Below, piece after piece: positions 19,014-28,859 of a stretch of DNA of 39,704 nt. Every line of letters begins with the position of its first letter. Position 1 is the stretch's first letter. The position numbers and the translations under genes were made by a program. The notes beneath the pieces are model-generated. The model was not told the origin of the DNA. It ran no database searches and worked only from the letters and a program-made list of their open reading frames with translations. Source of the DNA: Natator depressus (lineage: Eukaryota); NCBI RefSeq assembly GCF_965152275.1, contig NW_027439781.1:1-39704 (forward strand), written 5' to 3'.

Positions 19014-19110
19014 CTGTCCCCTGGTCGGTGCTGTTAGGGGAGAGTGGTCTGGCGCTGAGGGTCGTCACCAGCACCCACAGCAGGAGCCATTCTGGAGCCC
19101 AGTGCCCCAT
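19014..19110 (-). CDS. Gene X exon 1. ATG at 19110-19108. MGHWAPEWLLLWVLVTTLSARPLSPNSTDQGT plus one base. Signal-peptide-like.
   Basis: The hydrophobic N-terminus looks like a signal peptide. Donor GGGACAG|GTGAGGGCC. The three exons together give a 104-aa protein with a signal peptide and a C-terminal transmembrane segment. The position, convergent with TLCD3B, suggests C16orf92/FIMP. That is an inference only. Confidence 0.45.
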
Positions 19111-19245
19111 AACTACCTCCAGTTGGGGCGGAGCTCTACCTGGCCACACCCCCTTGGAGTGTGACATCACAATGCCCACAGAGGTCAGGTATGTGCACAC
19201 AGCCCCACCCCCAATGAGCCACGACCCGCCACGTTGGCTGCCACT

Positions 19246-19251
19246 TTTATT
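19246..19251 (-). terminator. MVP: MVP poly(A) signal AATAAA on the - strand (+ strand ttttattg), about 70 bp after the stop.
   Basis: Direct motif at the expected distance downstream of the stop at 19321-19319. Confidence 0.5.
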
Positions 19252-19318
19252 GCAGAGAATAAGGCACACGCTGGGCCGGACAATGGGGTCCCGTTTCCAT
19301 GGGGGAGGGGCGGGGCCC

Positions 19319-19450
19319 TCACTCGTGGTGCCCCGGGGAGGGCCTGGGCAGGACACCCAGCAGCCCCCCAGCCGTGGAGAAGAGGTTGATGGGGGAGGAG
19401 CCGTCGGTGATGAGGGCCGACTGGAGGCCCAGGCCCTGCAGCAGCTTCAC
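19319..19450 (-). CDS. MVP: MVP last coding exon. [43 protein letters not shown] followed by a stop.
   Basis: Matches human [33 protein letters not shown]. Acceptor ctgctccccccag|GTG. Confidence 0.9.
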   Translation of the reverse strand: MKLLQGLGLQSALITDGSSPINLFSTAGGLLGVLPRPSPGHHE

Positions 19451-19722
19451 CTGGGGGGAGCAGGGGGGTGGGTGAGTGAGTGGGACCCAGTCCCCAGCCC
19501 CTCCCCCACCCGTGTAAGCTCCACCCGTCCTGGGCCCCACCCGCAGAACCCACCAGCCCCTACTCCACCCACTCCAGCCCTACAGCCAGCTCCGCCCCCC
19601 AGCCCTAGCGCCACCTATGCCAGCACCAGTTTCCTCAGGTCCTGCCCCTAAGCCCCTCCCCCACATGCTCACCCAAGCCTAGCCCCGCCCCACCCTCCTC
19701 TAAGCCCCGCCCCCCGACCCAC

Positions 19723-19911
19723 CTGCAGCTCCGGCCCGGCCAGCGCGATGTCGCGCAGGGTCTCGGGCCCGATGGCTTCCGTCACCTGCTGGAACTTCTT
19801 CACCTCCACCTCGGCCAGCAGCCGGGCCCGCGCCGCCTCCTGCTCGCCCTGCGCCCGGGCGAAGCGCAGCTCCTGCTCCCGCGCCTGGCCCAGCCGGGCC
19901 AGCTCCGACTC
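19723..19911 (-). CDS. MVP: MVP exon. [63 protein letters not shown].
   Basis: Matches human [63 protein letters not shown]. Sites gcgcag| and CAG|GTGGGT. Confidence 0.9.
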
Positions 19912-20078
19912 CTGCGCCCGCCGGGGGGACGGGGGACAGGCTCAGTGCTGCCTGGGCCACGCCCCCTCCCCGGGCTCCGCCTCCCACCCCCGCGGGCCAC
20001 GCCCCCTCCCCGGGCTCCACCTCCCACCCCCGCGGGCCACGCCCCCTCCCCGGGCTCCCCCCAACCCCGCCCACTCAC

Positions 20079-20205
20079 CGTCTCAATGGCGGCTGCCTCC
20101 GCCTTCAGCTTGGCCTGTTCCACGGCCGCCTCGCCCGCGATCCGCGCCGCCTCCGCCTTGGACTGGGCCTCGGCCCGCGCCGCACCGGCGCTCTCCACTG
20201 CCGCG
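20079..20205 (-). CDS. MVP: MVP exon. (S)AAVESAGAARAEAQSKAEAARIAGEAAVEQAKLKAEAAAIET.
   Basis: Matches human [43 protein letters not shown]. Sites cccccccccag|C and ACG|GTGAGT. Confidence 0.9.
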
Positions 20206-20476
20206 CTGGGGGGGGGCCAGACAGGGTCACAGACCCACACATACGCCCCCCCGGTCTCCCAGAGGCCCCCCCCAGCCACTGATCCCCCAATTCTGCCCCC
20301 GGACTCCCCCGCTGCCCCAATCCCACTGCCGGCCGTGGACCTCCCCCCGATCCTGCCCCCTGCCGCTGACCGCCCCGCGACACCCTGCCCCCAGACTCCC
20401 CTGACCCCACCAGATCCCTCCCCTGGCAGCTGGCCACCCTTCCCCTGACCCCCCATCACCCCCCGGGTCCCCCAAC

Positions 20477-20593
20477 CTCAGTGCCTCCAGCTCCAGCAGC
20501 TCCTTCCGGGCCCGCTCAGCCTCCGCCTGGTCCAGGATTTTCTGCCGCTCCAGCCGCCCCCGGGCCTCCTGTTCCAGCCGCTCAGCCTCATGC
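20477..20593 (-). CDS. MVP: MVP exon. (R)[38 protein letters not shown].
   Basis: Matches human [38 protein letters not shown]. Sites tctcccccag|G and CTGAG|GTTGGG. Confidence 0.9.
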
Positions 20594-20669
20594 CTGGGGG
20601 AGACAGGCTGGGATGAGGGGGGCTGTGGGGCAGGGCTGGGGCGGGAGCAGGCCCCTGGGGAGCCTGTAC

Positions 20670-20881
20670 CTGGCGGCCGCCTCCTGGGAGTTGGTGGTGA
20701 TCTCGATGGCCAGCTGGACGCTCCTCTGCAGCGCGTCCCGCGTGCGCTGGTCCACCGGCTCCACGCTCTGGATGTCCACGCTGCTCACCACCAGCCCGTT
20801 CTGGGGGAAGCGCAGGCAGCTCCGCAGCTGCAGCTCCGTGTCGAAGCCAAACACAGCCGAGCAGATGATCCGGTTCGAGTT
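20670..20881 (-). CDS. MVP: MVP exon. [70 protein letters not shown].
   Basis: Matches human NSARIIRTAVFGFE...[47 protein letters not shown]. Sites tccccccag| and GCCAG|GTACAG. Confidence 0.9.
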
Positions 20882-21194
20882 CTGGGGGGAGCAGGGGATT
20901 GTGGGGCACTGGGGGGAGCGGCTGCAGCACCCCAGAACCCCCATATTCACCCTGGCAGGTACAACCGGGCAGCCAGACGTGCGGATGGCCCAGAAGGACG
21001 ATTCCAGGAACCGCAGACAATGGGTCCTGTTTGACCCGGGGAGAAGTGGCGGATGGGGGCTCAGTGGTACCCCAGTTCCAGATTGCACCCTGGGTAGGGC
21101 TGTGCCAGGAGGAGCAGGCCAGGGGGCTTGGGAAGGCGTGGTGGGGGAATGCCAGGGGGGCACGGGAAGGGGTGCAGAGGGGCCCCCCCCATAC

Positions 21195-21339
21195 CTTGTG
21201 GAAGTCGTCGAACGTGACGGAGGCCACGGCCCCACGGATGCGGGAGGCCAGTGCTTTGCAGGCATCACCCACGAAATCCGGGACGCTGAAGAGCCGGGAG
21301 AGCGCCGGGGGGTCAGGGGGCGACGGCACCTCAAAGTGC
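21195..21339 (-). CDS. MVP: MVP exon. (W)[48 protein letters not shown].
   Basis: Matches human HFEV...[35 protein letters not shown]. Sites tgtccccccag|G and AAG|GTATGG. Confidence 0.9.
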
Positions 21340-21639
21340 CTGGGGGGACAAGGCAGTTGGGGGGCTGGGGAACAGGCTTCCCCGGTCCCCCTCCCTGCAA
21401 CCTCCACCCCTCCCAGCCCCACCCCCCTGGGCAGAGGGGGCTGTAGGGCCGGCGCTGGGCCCAGGGGCAGAGCCCCAAGAGTAGCCTGGAGACCCTGAGA
21501 TTGGGGCAGTGCCTGGGCTCTGCAGGGCGTAAGCAGCAGGCTGGGGTGGGGGGTGCCCGACAGGGCCTGTGACACCCCCCTGCTGCCTCCTGCCCTTCCC
21601 CAATCATGGCCCCATCAGCCCCTCTCCCCAGCCCCTCAC

Positions 21640-21837
21640 CAGTTGTAGGCCAGCTGGAGCTGCAGCCGGGCATGGTCGGCCGTCTCGATGGTGACGATGT
21701 CGGCACAGAAGTCAGGGCCCAGCAGCAGGCAGAGTGAGCGCCGGGTGTGGGGGGCCTTGGGCCGCCCCCCTGACAAGCTCAGCACCGTGAACTGCTCGTC
21801 CGGGCCCAGCAGAACCAGCTCCGGGCCCAGCACCACC
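21640..21837 (-). CDS. MVP: MVP exon. (R)[65 protein letters not shown](W).
   Basis: Matches human [66 protein letters not shown]. Sites ccccgccag|G and AACTG|GTGAGG. Confidence 0.9.
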
Positions 21838-21992
21838 CTGCGGGGAGGGGAACATGAGCCCTACACGCCACGGGAGGGAGCCCCAGCGACCCCCAGCCCC
21901 GCTTCCCCTGGGACCCCCCTCCCTCCATGAGCTGCATCCAGCCCCCGACCCAAGTCCCCCTCCCACACACACAGCCACAAGCCCCTGCTCAC

Positions 21993-22231
21993 CTGGCCTG
22001 CCGCTCCCGGTAGTCGTACACCTGCACGGCTGCGTTGTGGGGCACCTGGTAACTCACCACCCGTGTCTTGTCGCGGGGGGGCCCCTCACCTCCCTGGGGG
22101 GGGGCCCCGGAACGGTCAGCCACGGGGTCCCGGCCCGAGGACAGCAGGGCCTCCACGTTGGGGGGCAGCTCCTTCTCCCAGAGCTCCTCGGCCTCCGTCA
22201 GCATGTAGGTGTGGCCGATCACCGCCCGCAC
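21993..22231 (-). CDS. MVP: MVP exon. [79 protein letters not shown](R).
   Basis: Matches human [44 protein letters not shown]...[27 protein letters not shown]. Sites tctcgccag| and GCCAG|GTGAGC. Confidence 0.9.
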
Positions 22232-22371
22232 CTGGCGAGAGGGGGGAGTCCATGCGGGGGCAGGGATATGGGGTACCAGGGGTCAGTGGGGCAGGCCAGG
22301 GGTCAGGGATATGGGGAATTAGGGGTCAGTGGGGCACTGGGGGGCAGGGATGGGGCCGGGGCCCTGCTCAC

Positions 22372-22530
22372 CTTGCCTGTCTTGATGTCGCGCACGTAGA
22401 TGCCCTCGTTCTCGCCCAGGGGGGTGGCCTGGCGCCGCTCCAACACCTCCACCTCCACCGGCGGCACGTACTCCAGGGGCCCCCGGATGAGCCAGCAGTC
22501 GCCCGGCTTCCGCTGCAGCCCACGGCCGCC
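22372..22530 (-). CDS. MVP: MVP exon. [53 protein letters not shown].
   Basis: Matches human [43 protein letters not shown]. Sites acaccctcag| and AAG|GTGAGC. Confidence 0.9.
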
Positions 22531-22539
22531 CTGAGGGTG

Positions 22540-22930
22540 TCGGGATCCCGGTGCCCCTCACTCCCGACCCGCAGCCCCCTGCCCCCCCCGCCGGTGCCCC
22601 TCACTCCCGACCCGCAGCCCCCTGCCCCCCCTGCCGGTGCCCCTCACTCCCCACCCGCAGCCCCCTGCCCCTCCTGCCGGTGCCCCTCACTCCCCACCCA
22701 CAGCCCCCTGCCCCCCCTGCCGGTGCCCCTCACTCCCCACCCACAGCCCCCTGCCCCCCCTGCCGGTGCCCCTCACTCCCCACCCACAGCCCCCTGCCCG
22801 CCCTGTGCCCCTCACTCCCCACCCGCAGCCCCCTGCCTCCCCCGCTCTGCCGGTGCCCCTCACTCCCCACCCGCAGCCCCCTGCCTCCCCCGCTCTGCCG
22901 GTGCCCCTCACTCCCGACCCGCAGCCCCCC
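22540..22930. repeat. Dispersed minisatellite family, array D (ccggtgcccctcactcccgacccgcagccccctgcccccc, unit about 45-50 bp, about 8 copies), in an MVP intron.
   Basis: Direct periodicity. Same core as the arrays at 13030-13920 and 17960-18300. Confidence 0.85.
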
Positions 22931-22956
22931 GCCAGCCCAGCCCTGGACTCCCCCAC

Positions 22957-23082
22957 CTCATCCGAGTCCTCCAGCTTGCTGAGTGCCCGCAGCAGCAGCC
23001 CTTCCTCCTCCGAGAGGATGTAGATGTCTTGGATCCCCTCCTTCAGAGACTCCCCTGGCTGCAGGAAGAACGACTTCTCCCC
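22957..23082 (-). CDS. MVP: MVP exon. [42 protein letters not shown].
   Basis: Matches human [44 protein letters not shown]. Sites ggtccag|GGG and GATGAG|GTGGGG. Confidence 0.9.
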
Positions 23083-23159
23083 CTGGACCAACGAAGGGGG
23101 AGGTCTGTGAGAATTTCCACGGCTACCCAAGAAATGTGGGGAGGGAGCGTAGGCATATA

Positions 23160-25300
23160 GTCTAGGTAATATGGTCATATCATTTACTGTGCATATAAAC
23201 TAGAAAATATGGCAAGATCATGCCTCAATGAATATTTTATTCCTTTTCCCACTTATTGCCAAAGAAACAAGGCAACACCTGCCCAGATAGTCTGAAAAAT
23301 ACAGTTAGACCCACCCGACTCCAAGGTGAGGAGCTGCTTTTTCTATTATTCTACGTGTAGCCTAGAAAATACAGTAACCGCTTGCCTATATTATAGGAAA
23401 TACGGTAACCCCCCTTCCACAATGGCCTGGTCAACCATCACCTTTAAAGTGGAAATACAGTAACATCTGCTCCTATACCCTGAGTAATATGGTACCCCCG
23501 TGCCGCCCCCAGCTGTAGCTGCTCCTATGACCTGGCAACAGACACTTCCCCCACCCATCTATAACTGCAGCTATAATCTGGTATATACGGTAGAAAATAA
23601 AGAAACAAAGACAGTAACAGAAGGCCACTAGCCGTCACCTTCAGCCCCCAACTCAAACCTCTCCAGCACACCATGGAGGATCTACAACCGATCCTGAGGG
23701 GCGACCCCTCGCTCTCACAGATCTTGGGAGACAGGCCAGTCCTTGCCTACAGACAGCCCCCCAACCTGAAGCAAATACTCACCAGCAACCACATACCACA
23801 CAACAGAACCACTAACCCAGGAACCTATCCTTGCAACAAAGCCCGTTGCCAACTGTGTCCACATATCTATTCAGGGGACACCATCACAGGGCCTAATACC
23901 ATCAGCCACACTATCAGAGACTCGTTCACCTGCACATCCACCAGTGTGATCTATGCCATCATGGGCCAGCAATGCCCCTCGGCCATGTACATTGGTCAAA
24001 CTGGACAGTCTCCACGTAAAAGAATAAATGGACACAAATCAGACGTCAAGAATTATAACATTCATAAGCCAGTCGGAGAACACTTCAATCTCTCTGGTCA
24101 CGCGATTACAGACCTAAAAGTGGCTATTCTTCAACAAAAAAACTTCAAAAACAGACTCCAGCAAGAGACTGCTGAATTGGAATTTATTTGCAAACTGGAT
24201 ACAATTAACTTAGGCTTGAATAGAGACTGGGAGTGGATGGGTCATTACACAAAGTAAAACTATTTCCCCATGTTTATCCCCCTCCCCTCACTGTTCCTCA
24301 GACGTTCTTGTCAACTGCTGGAAATGGCCCACCTTGATTATCACGACAAAAGGTTTCTTTCTCTGCTGCTGGTGATAGCTCACCTCACCTGATCACTCTC
24401 CTTACAGTCTGTGTGGTCACACCCCTTGTTTCATGTTCTCTGTGTATATAAAATCTCCCCACTCTATTTTCCACTGAACGTGTCCGATGAAGTGAGCTGT
24501 AGCTCACAAAAGCTCATGGTCAAATAAATGGGTTAGTCTCCAAGGTGCCACAAGTCCTCCTGTTCTTTTTGCGAATACAGACTAACACGGCTGCTACTCT
24601 GAAGCCTGTATATACGGTAGCCAACTCCTAGGTTAACCATACCAGTCTATCCACATCTGTCTCTTTATTTCTACTAATTATGGTAGACAGCCATTCTGGG
24701 CCCCATTCAGCTACCGTACTTACTAGGATACAGGAGGCTACAACAAAGAGGTAATTAGAAGGGTAACTATGAAATACCATAGAGGCACATCATTACCATA
24801 ATTACTAGCATAAATGTGCCCCACAGCTATATCCAGAGCTACTGTAATGTCAGATAAACAAAACTACCGTATATGCTAGAATAAACTTGTACAAACAATA
24901 TTTGGTTACCCTATGTACTAGGATAAACATGCCCCTACAAGATATAGTTACCATATATAATGGTGTAAATACACCCAATGAGATACACATCATTACCATA
25001 GTTACTGACACAAGCCCCTCCCCAACATAAAATGGACTAGCATAAATATTCCTCACATACAGTTGTACTATATTCACTAGAATATAAGTGACCCTTCAAT
25101 CTAAAGTGCCATGGTACTTAGTAGAATACATATGCCCCACAGCACTACCGCATTTAGTGGAATAAATGCGCCCCGGGAGCTATGCAGCCTTACCAGAGGC
25201 AGGGGAACAAAGCCTTCCCTGAACACAGACACAGTACTACGGGTGCTACCGTATTCCCTAAAGCAAAGGTGGCCCCGGAGTTTACACTAGTACCATATTG
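23160..25300. mobile_element. AT-rich interspersed-repeat block in an MVP intron. It contains a Penelope-like element (PLE) fragment: a GIY-YIG endonuclease ORF at 23673-24257, flanked by inverted arrays of a degenerate 50-60-bp unit. The left array carries aatacggtaacc-type motifs and the right array carries gttaccgtat-type motifs.
   Basis: The ORF has a CCHH-like zinc finger (CNKARCQLCPH) followed by a GIY-YIG motif (SVIYAIMGQQCPSAMYIGQTGQSPRKRINGHKSD...KPVGEHF). Coupling of reverse transcriptase with a GIY-YIG endonuclease defines PLEs, which is established knowledge. The reverse-transcriptase part is absent here, so the element is 5'-truncated. Confidence 0.55.
23673..24257 (+). pseudogene. 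5'-truncated PLE ORF encoding the C-terminal GIY-YIG endonuclease domain only. It is unlikely to be functional on its own.
   Basis: 194-aa ORF from the track. The motifs are given in the mobile-element feature above. Confidence 0.5.
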
Positions 25301-25325
25301 TCATGTGTACACATGGCCGCTATAC

Positions 25326-25562
25326 CTTGATCACCTTCTCCTGGCCCAGCTGGGGCTTGCCGTTGGGCCCCACGGGGTCGCACACCACGCAGTACTGGCG
25401 GCTGCTCAGCGTGGTGATGTCCACAATGCCCACCACCTCCTCGTAGACGTTGGGGATGTAGGCCTCACTCTGAGCGAGTGTCACCAGCCACTCCTCCCCA
25501 GTCCGGCGCACCGTGTCCTCCGGGTCCCGGAAGGTCTTGGTGGCGCGGAGATGCAGCGCCCT
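25326..25562 (-). CDS. MVP: MVP exon. [79 protein letters not shown].
   Basis: Matches human [79 protein letters not shown]. Sites ccccatag| and AAG|GTATAG. Confidence 0.9.
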
Positions 25563-26117
25563 CTATGGGGGAAAGGGGAACACGGCCATCAGCATGAGGG
25601 GAGCCAGGTCCTGGCTATTCCCTCCTTCCCCAAGGCCCCCCACCTCCACCCCCATGTCCACCTACTCTCCCCTCCCCCAGATCCCCCTCTTCCCCAGGGT
25701 CCCCCACATCTTCTCCTTGTCCATGGGGTCAACCCCACACTACTCCTTCCCCCCCAGGTCACATCCAGCTTCCCCCAATTTCCTCCCCACCACATGCCCC
25801 CAAGGATCAGAGCCATTTCACACCCTCCCACTCCCTCCCCACCCTGGACTCCCCCATCCCCTCCACTCCCAGACAGCACCATGCCCCAATCTCATCCCTC
25901 CCCACCACCACTCCCCTTAGGGGCAGGGCTGGGAACCCTCTAACCTCAGTCCCGCCCCCTCAGCCAATAAGAAGGCCACCTCACAGCAAGGGAGCTCCTT
26001 CCCCGGGTTGGAAACCCAGCCCCACCCTGTCCTGCCCCCCACCCGGGTGCAGATTGCACACCTGCCCCCCGCCACGGTCACACCGACTGCCACCAGCACC
26101 CCTTGCCCCCCCCTCAC

Positions 26118-26212
26118 CTTCTCCGTCAGCACAAAAGCATCCACAATGTCAACCACCTCCTCAAACACGCCAGGAAGATACGCACCCACTCGCTTCACCA
26201 GCCACTCCTCAC
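26118..26212 (-). CDS. MVP: MVP exon. (G)[31 protein letters not shown].
   Basis: Matches human [31 protein letters not shown]. Sites ccacccag|GT and AAG|GTGAGG. Confidence 0.9.
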
Positions 26213-26239
26213 CTGGGTGGGGGGAGAGAGACATGGCAA

Positions 26240-26680
26240 CAGATCAGGAGTGAGGGGGACCGGCAGAGCTGGGGGGACAGGCCCAGGGCTGGGGGGGCTG
26301 CGGGTCGGGAGTGAGGGGCACCGGCGGAGCTGCGGGGGGGGGGGCAGGGCTGGGCTAGCAGGGGCTGTAGGTCGGGAGCGAGGGGCACCGGCAGAGCGGA
26401 CGGGGGGACGGGCCCAGGGCGGTGGGGCGGGAGCGAGGGGCGCCGGCAGACCGGATGGGGGGACGGGCCCAGGGTGGCGGGGCGGGAGCGAGGGGCGCCG
26501 GCAGAGCGGACGGGGGGACGGGCCCAGGGCGGGAGCGAGGGGCGCCGGCAGAGCGGACGGGGGGACGGGCCCAGGGCTGGGGGGCGGGAGCGAGGGGCGC
26601 TGGCAGAGCGGACGGGGGGACAGGCCCAGGGCTGGGGGGCGGGAGCGAGGGGCACCGGCAGAGCGGACGGGGGGCGGTAC
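26240..26680. repeat. Dispersed minisatellite family, array E. This is a diverged variant (cgggagcgaggggcgccggcagagcggacggggggacgggcccagggc, unit about 60 bp) whose first units are the canonical gggctgcgggtcgggagtgaggggcaccggc. It lies in an MVP intron.
   Basis: Direct periodicity. Confidence 0.8.
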
Positions 26681-26812
26681 CTGTGACCCGCCGGGTCCCC
26701 TCCCGGTCCGTACACTCCTTGCGGGCCCGGAGCCGGATGGCCTGGTTGTGGCGGATGACAGTGGCTTGGATGATTTCCACCACCTCCACCTCGGTCCGCG
26801 GGATGTGGGTGC
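26681..26812 (-). CDS. MVP: MVP exon. (G)[43 protein letters not shown](G).
   Basis: Matches human [44 protein letters not shown]. Sites tcccgcag|GC and ACAG|GTACCG. Confidence 0.9.
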
Positions 26813-26894
26813 CTGCGGGAGGCTGGCGTTAGCCGCGGACGAGCCCGCCCGGCCAGGCTCTGCCCAGGCCCCCAGCCCAGCCCAGCCCACTCAC

Positions 26895-27018
26895 CTGGCC
26901 CCTCAAAGAGGAACTCGTCCCCGGCCATGTACTTCCCACCCTGATCGTCCTCAAAATCCAGCAGGGCCTTGAGGTGCAGGGCGGTGTTCGGCAGGACCAC
27001 CTGCAGGGCCGTGATTCC
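26895..27018 (-). CDS. MVP: MVP exon. [41 protein letters not shown](G).
   Basis: Matches human [41 protein letters not shown]. Sites tctcgcccccag| and CCAG|GTGAGT. Confidence 0.9.
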
Positions 27019-27092
27019 CTGGGGGCGAGAGGGGGCTCAGGGCACGGCTCAGGGCACGCTGGCTCCGGGCCGGGCCTGGGGCTGGGCGTTAC

Positions 27093-27288
27093 CTGCTGGA
27101 TCTCCTCCCCCGGGTAGAGGGGGAAGGGGGGCTGGCTGAGCCGGATCTCCAGGTCCGCGTGCCGCAGCAGCGCCTGCCCCGAGGCATCGAACTGCACCCC
27201 GGCGCCCGGCGCCCGGACCACGGGGTGCAGCACTGTGCAGTAGTGCCGGGGGGGCACCGTCACCATCTTGGCAGGGGGGAAGACGACC
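27093..27288 (-). CDS. MVP: MVP exon. (R)[65 protein letters not shown].
   Basis: Matches human [66 protein letters not shown]. Sites cctgccccgcag|G and CAGCAG|GTAACG. Confidence 0.9.
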
Positions 27289-27459
27289 CTGCGGGGCAGG
27301 GGGAACACGTCAGGGGGTGCTGGGAACCGACCCCCGTGACCCTGGCAGCCCCCCACGGCCCCTCCCCCTGGTCTCCCCCCACCCCGTCCCCTCCCCAGCA
27401 GCCCAACCTCTCTCCCCGCAGCCCCTTGGCCCTGCCCGCCCCAGCTCCTGCGCCCTCAC

Positions 27460-27581
27460 CGCTCATTGTCCTGGCGGATGTAGGTCTGCGGCCCCACCTC
27501 GACGCGGGTCACATTGGAGTTCTGGTCCAGCACGTGGATGTAGTGGTGGGGGGGGATGCGGATGATGGATTCCTCGGCCAT
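27460..27581 (-). CDS. MVP: MVP first coding exon. ATG at 27581-27579. [40 protein letters not shown](R). The exon starts at an acceptor at 27586, so there is a non-coding exon 1 upstream.
   Basis: Matches human [42 protein letters not shown]. Acceptor tgccctgccccatag|CTGACATGG. Donor GAGCG|GTGAGG. Confidence 0.9.
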
Positions 27582-27779
27582 GTCAGCTATGGGGCAGGGC
27601 AGGGGGTTAGCAGCCCCCGGATCAGGCCCACACCTCCAATCCCAGCGACCGGCCGAGCCGCGTTCCCAGGATCCTCTGCGCCAGCCCCGACCGAACCCAT
27701 GGCCCTGGGCACCTGCACTAGGATCCGCCCCCGGGGAGAATTTACCCTCCAGCCAGAGCCCGCCCACTTGACAGCCCTA

Positions 27780-28650
27780 ATCCAAGCGCAAACAGAGCGA
27801 CCGGCCCAGCCCCGTTCCCAGAACCCTCTGCACCAGGGCCGCACCCACGCCCGGGGCGCCCAGGCCGGGACTGACCCCCCTCTCCCGCCACGCCCGGGGC
27901 GCCCGGGCCAGGACTGACCCCCCTCTCCCGCCACGCCCGGGGCGCCCGGGCCAGGACTGACCCCCCTCTCCCGCCACGCCCGGGGCGCCCGGGCCGGGAC
28001 TGACCCCCCTCTCCCGCCACGCCCCACCCAGGCCAGGACTGACCCCCCCCCTTCCTCCACGCCACACCCAGGCCGGGACTGACCACCCCCCCCCTCCACG
28101 CCACACCCAGGCCGGGACTGACCACCCCCCCCCCTCCACGCCACACCCAGGCCGGGACTGACCCCCCCCCCCTCCACACCACTCCCAGGTCGGGACTGAC
28201 CCCCCCTCCTGCCACGCCACTCCCAGGCCGGGACTGACCCCCCCTCCCGCCACGCCGCGCCCGGGCCGGGAGTGACCCCTCTCTCCCGACACGCCCGGGG
28301 CGCCCGGGCTGGGACTCACCCCCTCCTCACGCCACGCCTGGGCCAGGACTGACCCCCCACACCACGCCCGGGGGGCATCCGGGCCAGGACTGACCCCCCA
28401 CGCCACGCCCGGGGTTGCCCGAGCCGGGACTGACCCCGCTCTCCCTCCACGCCACACCCAGGCCAGGACTGACCCCCCTCCATGCCACACCCAGGCCAGG
28501 ACTGACCCCCCCCCCACGCCATACCCGGGGCACCCGGGTCGGGACTGACCCCCCCCCACACACACCCCCAGGCCGGGACTGACCCCCCCCCTCCGTCCAC
28601 GCCACACCGGGGGCACCCGCACCAGGACTGACCCCACCCCAGGATTCAAC
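27780..28650. repeat. About 15 tandem copies of a 58-bp unit (cacgcccggggcgcccgggccaggactgacccccctctcccgc) in MVP intron 1 / the upstream region.
   Basis: Direct periodicity. The ORFs across it are artefacts. Confidence 0.9.
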
Positions 28651-28859
28651 CCCCCCCCACACTAGCCCCAGGGATGCCTGGATACCATCTAGGCAGTGAC
28701 CCAGCTGTGCCAGGGGGAAGGGGTGTCTGAGGGCCCACCCCGGCCAGAGACACAAACATACCAGCTGCTTCCTGCAGGGCCCAGCTGAGACTGAGCCAGA
28801 CCCGCCCCCAGGCTGGGCGGGACCCGCTTAAAGAGGAAACGGAGCCGTCCCGCCCCCAG

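Noticed and set aside
19925-20078. Three copies of a 48-bp repeat (gggccacgccccctccccgggctcc(g/a)cctcccacccccgc) in an MVP intron.
   Set aside because: A real but small tandem repeat. Unremarkable next to the larger arrays, so not listed separately.
24481-24520. Hammerhead-ribozyme-like stem-loop in the Penelope-like element flank.
   Set aside because: Not rejected outright, but the core has at least two mismatches to CUGAUGA/GAAA (CCGAUGA and AAAA). I report it only as a low-confidence note within the PLE finding.
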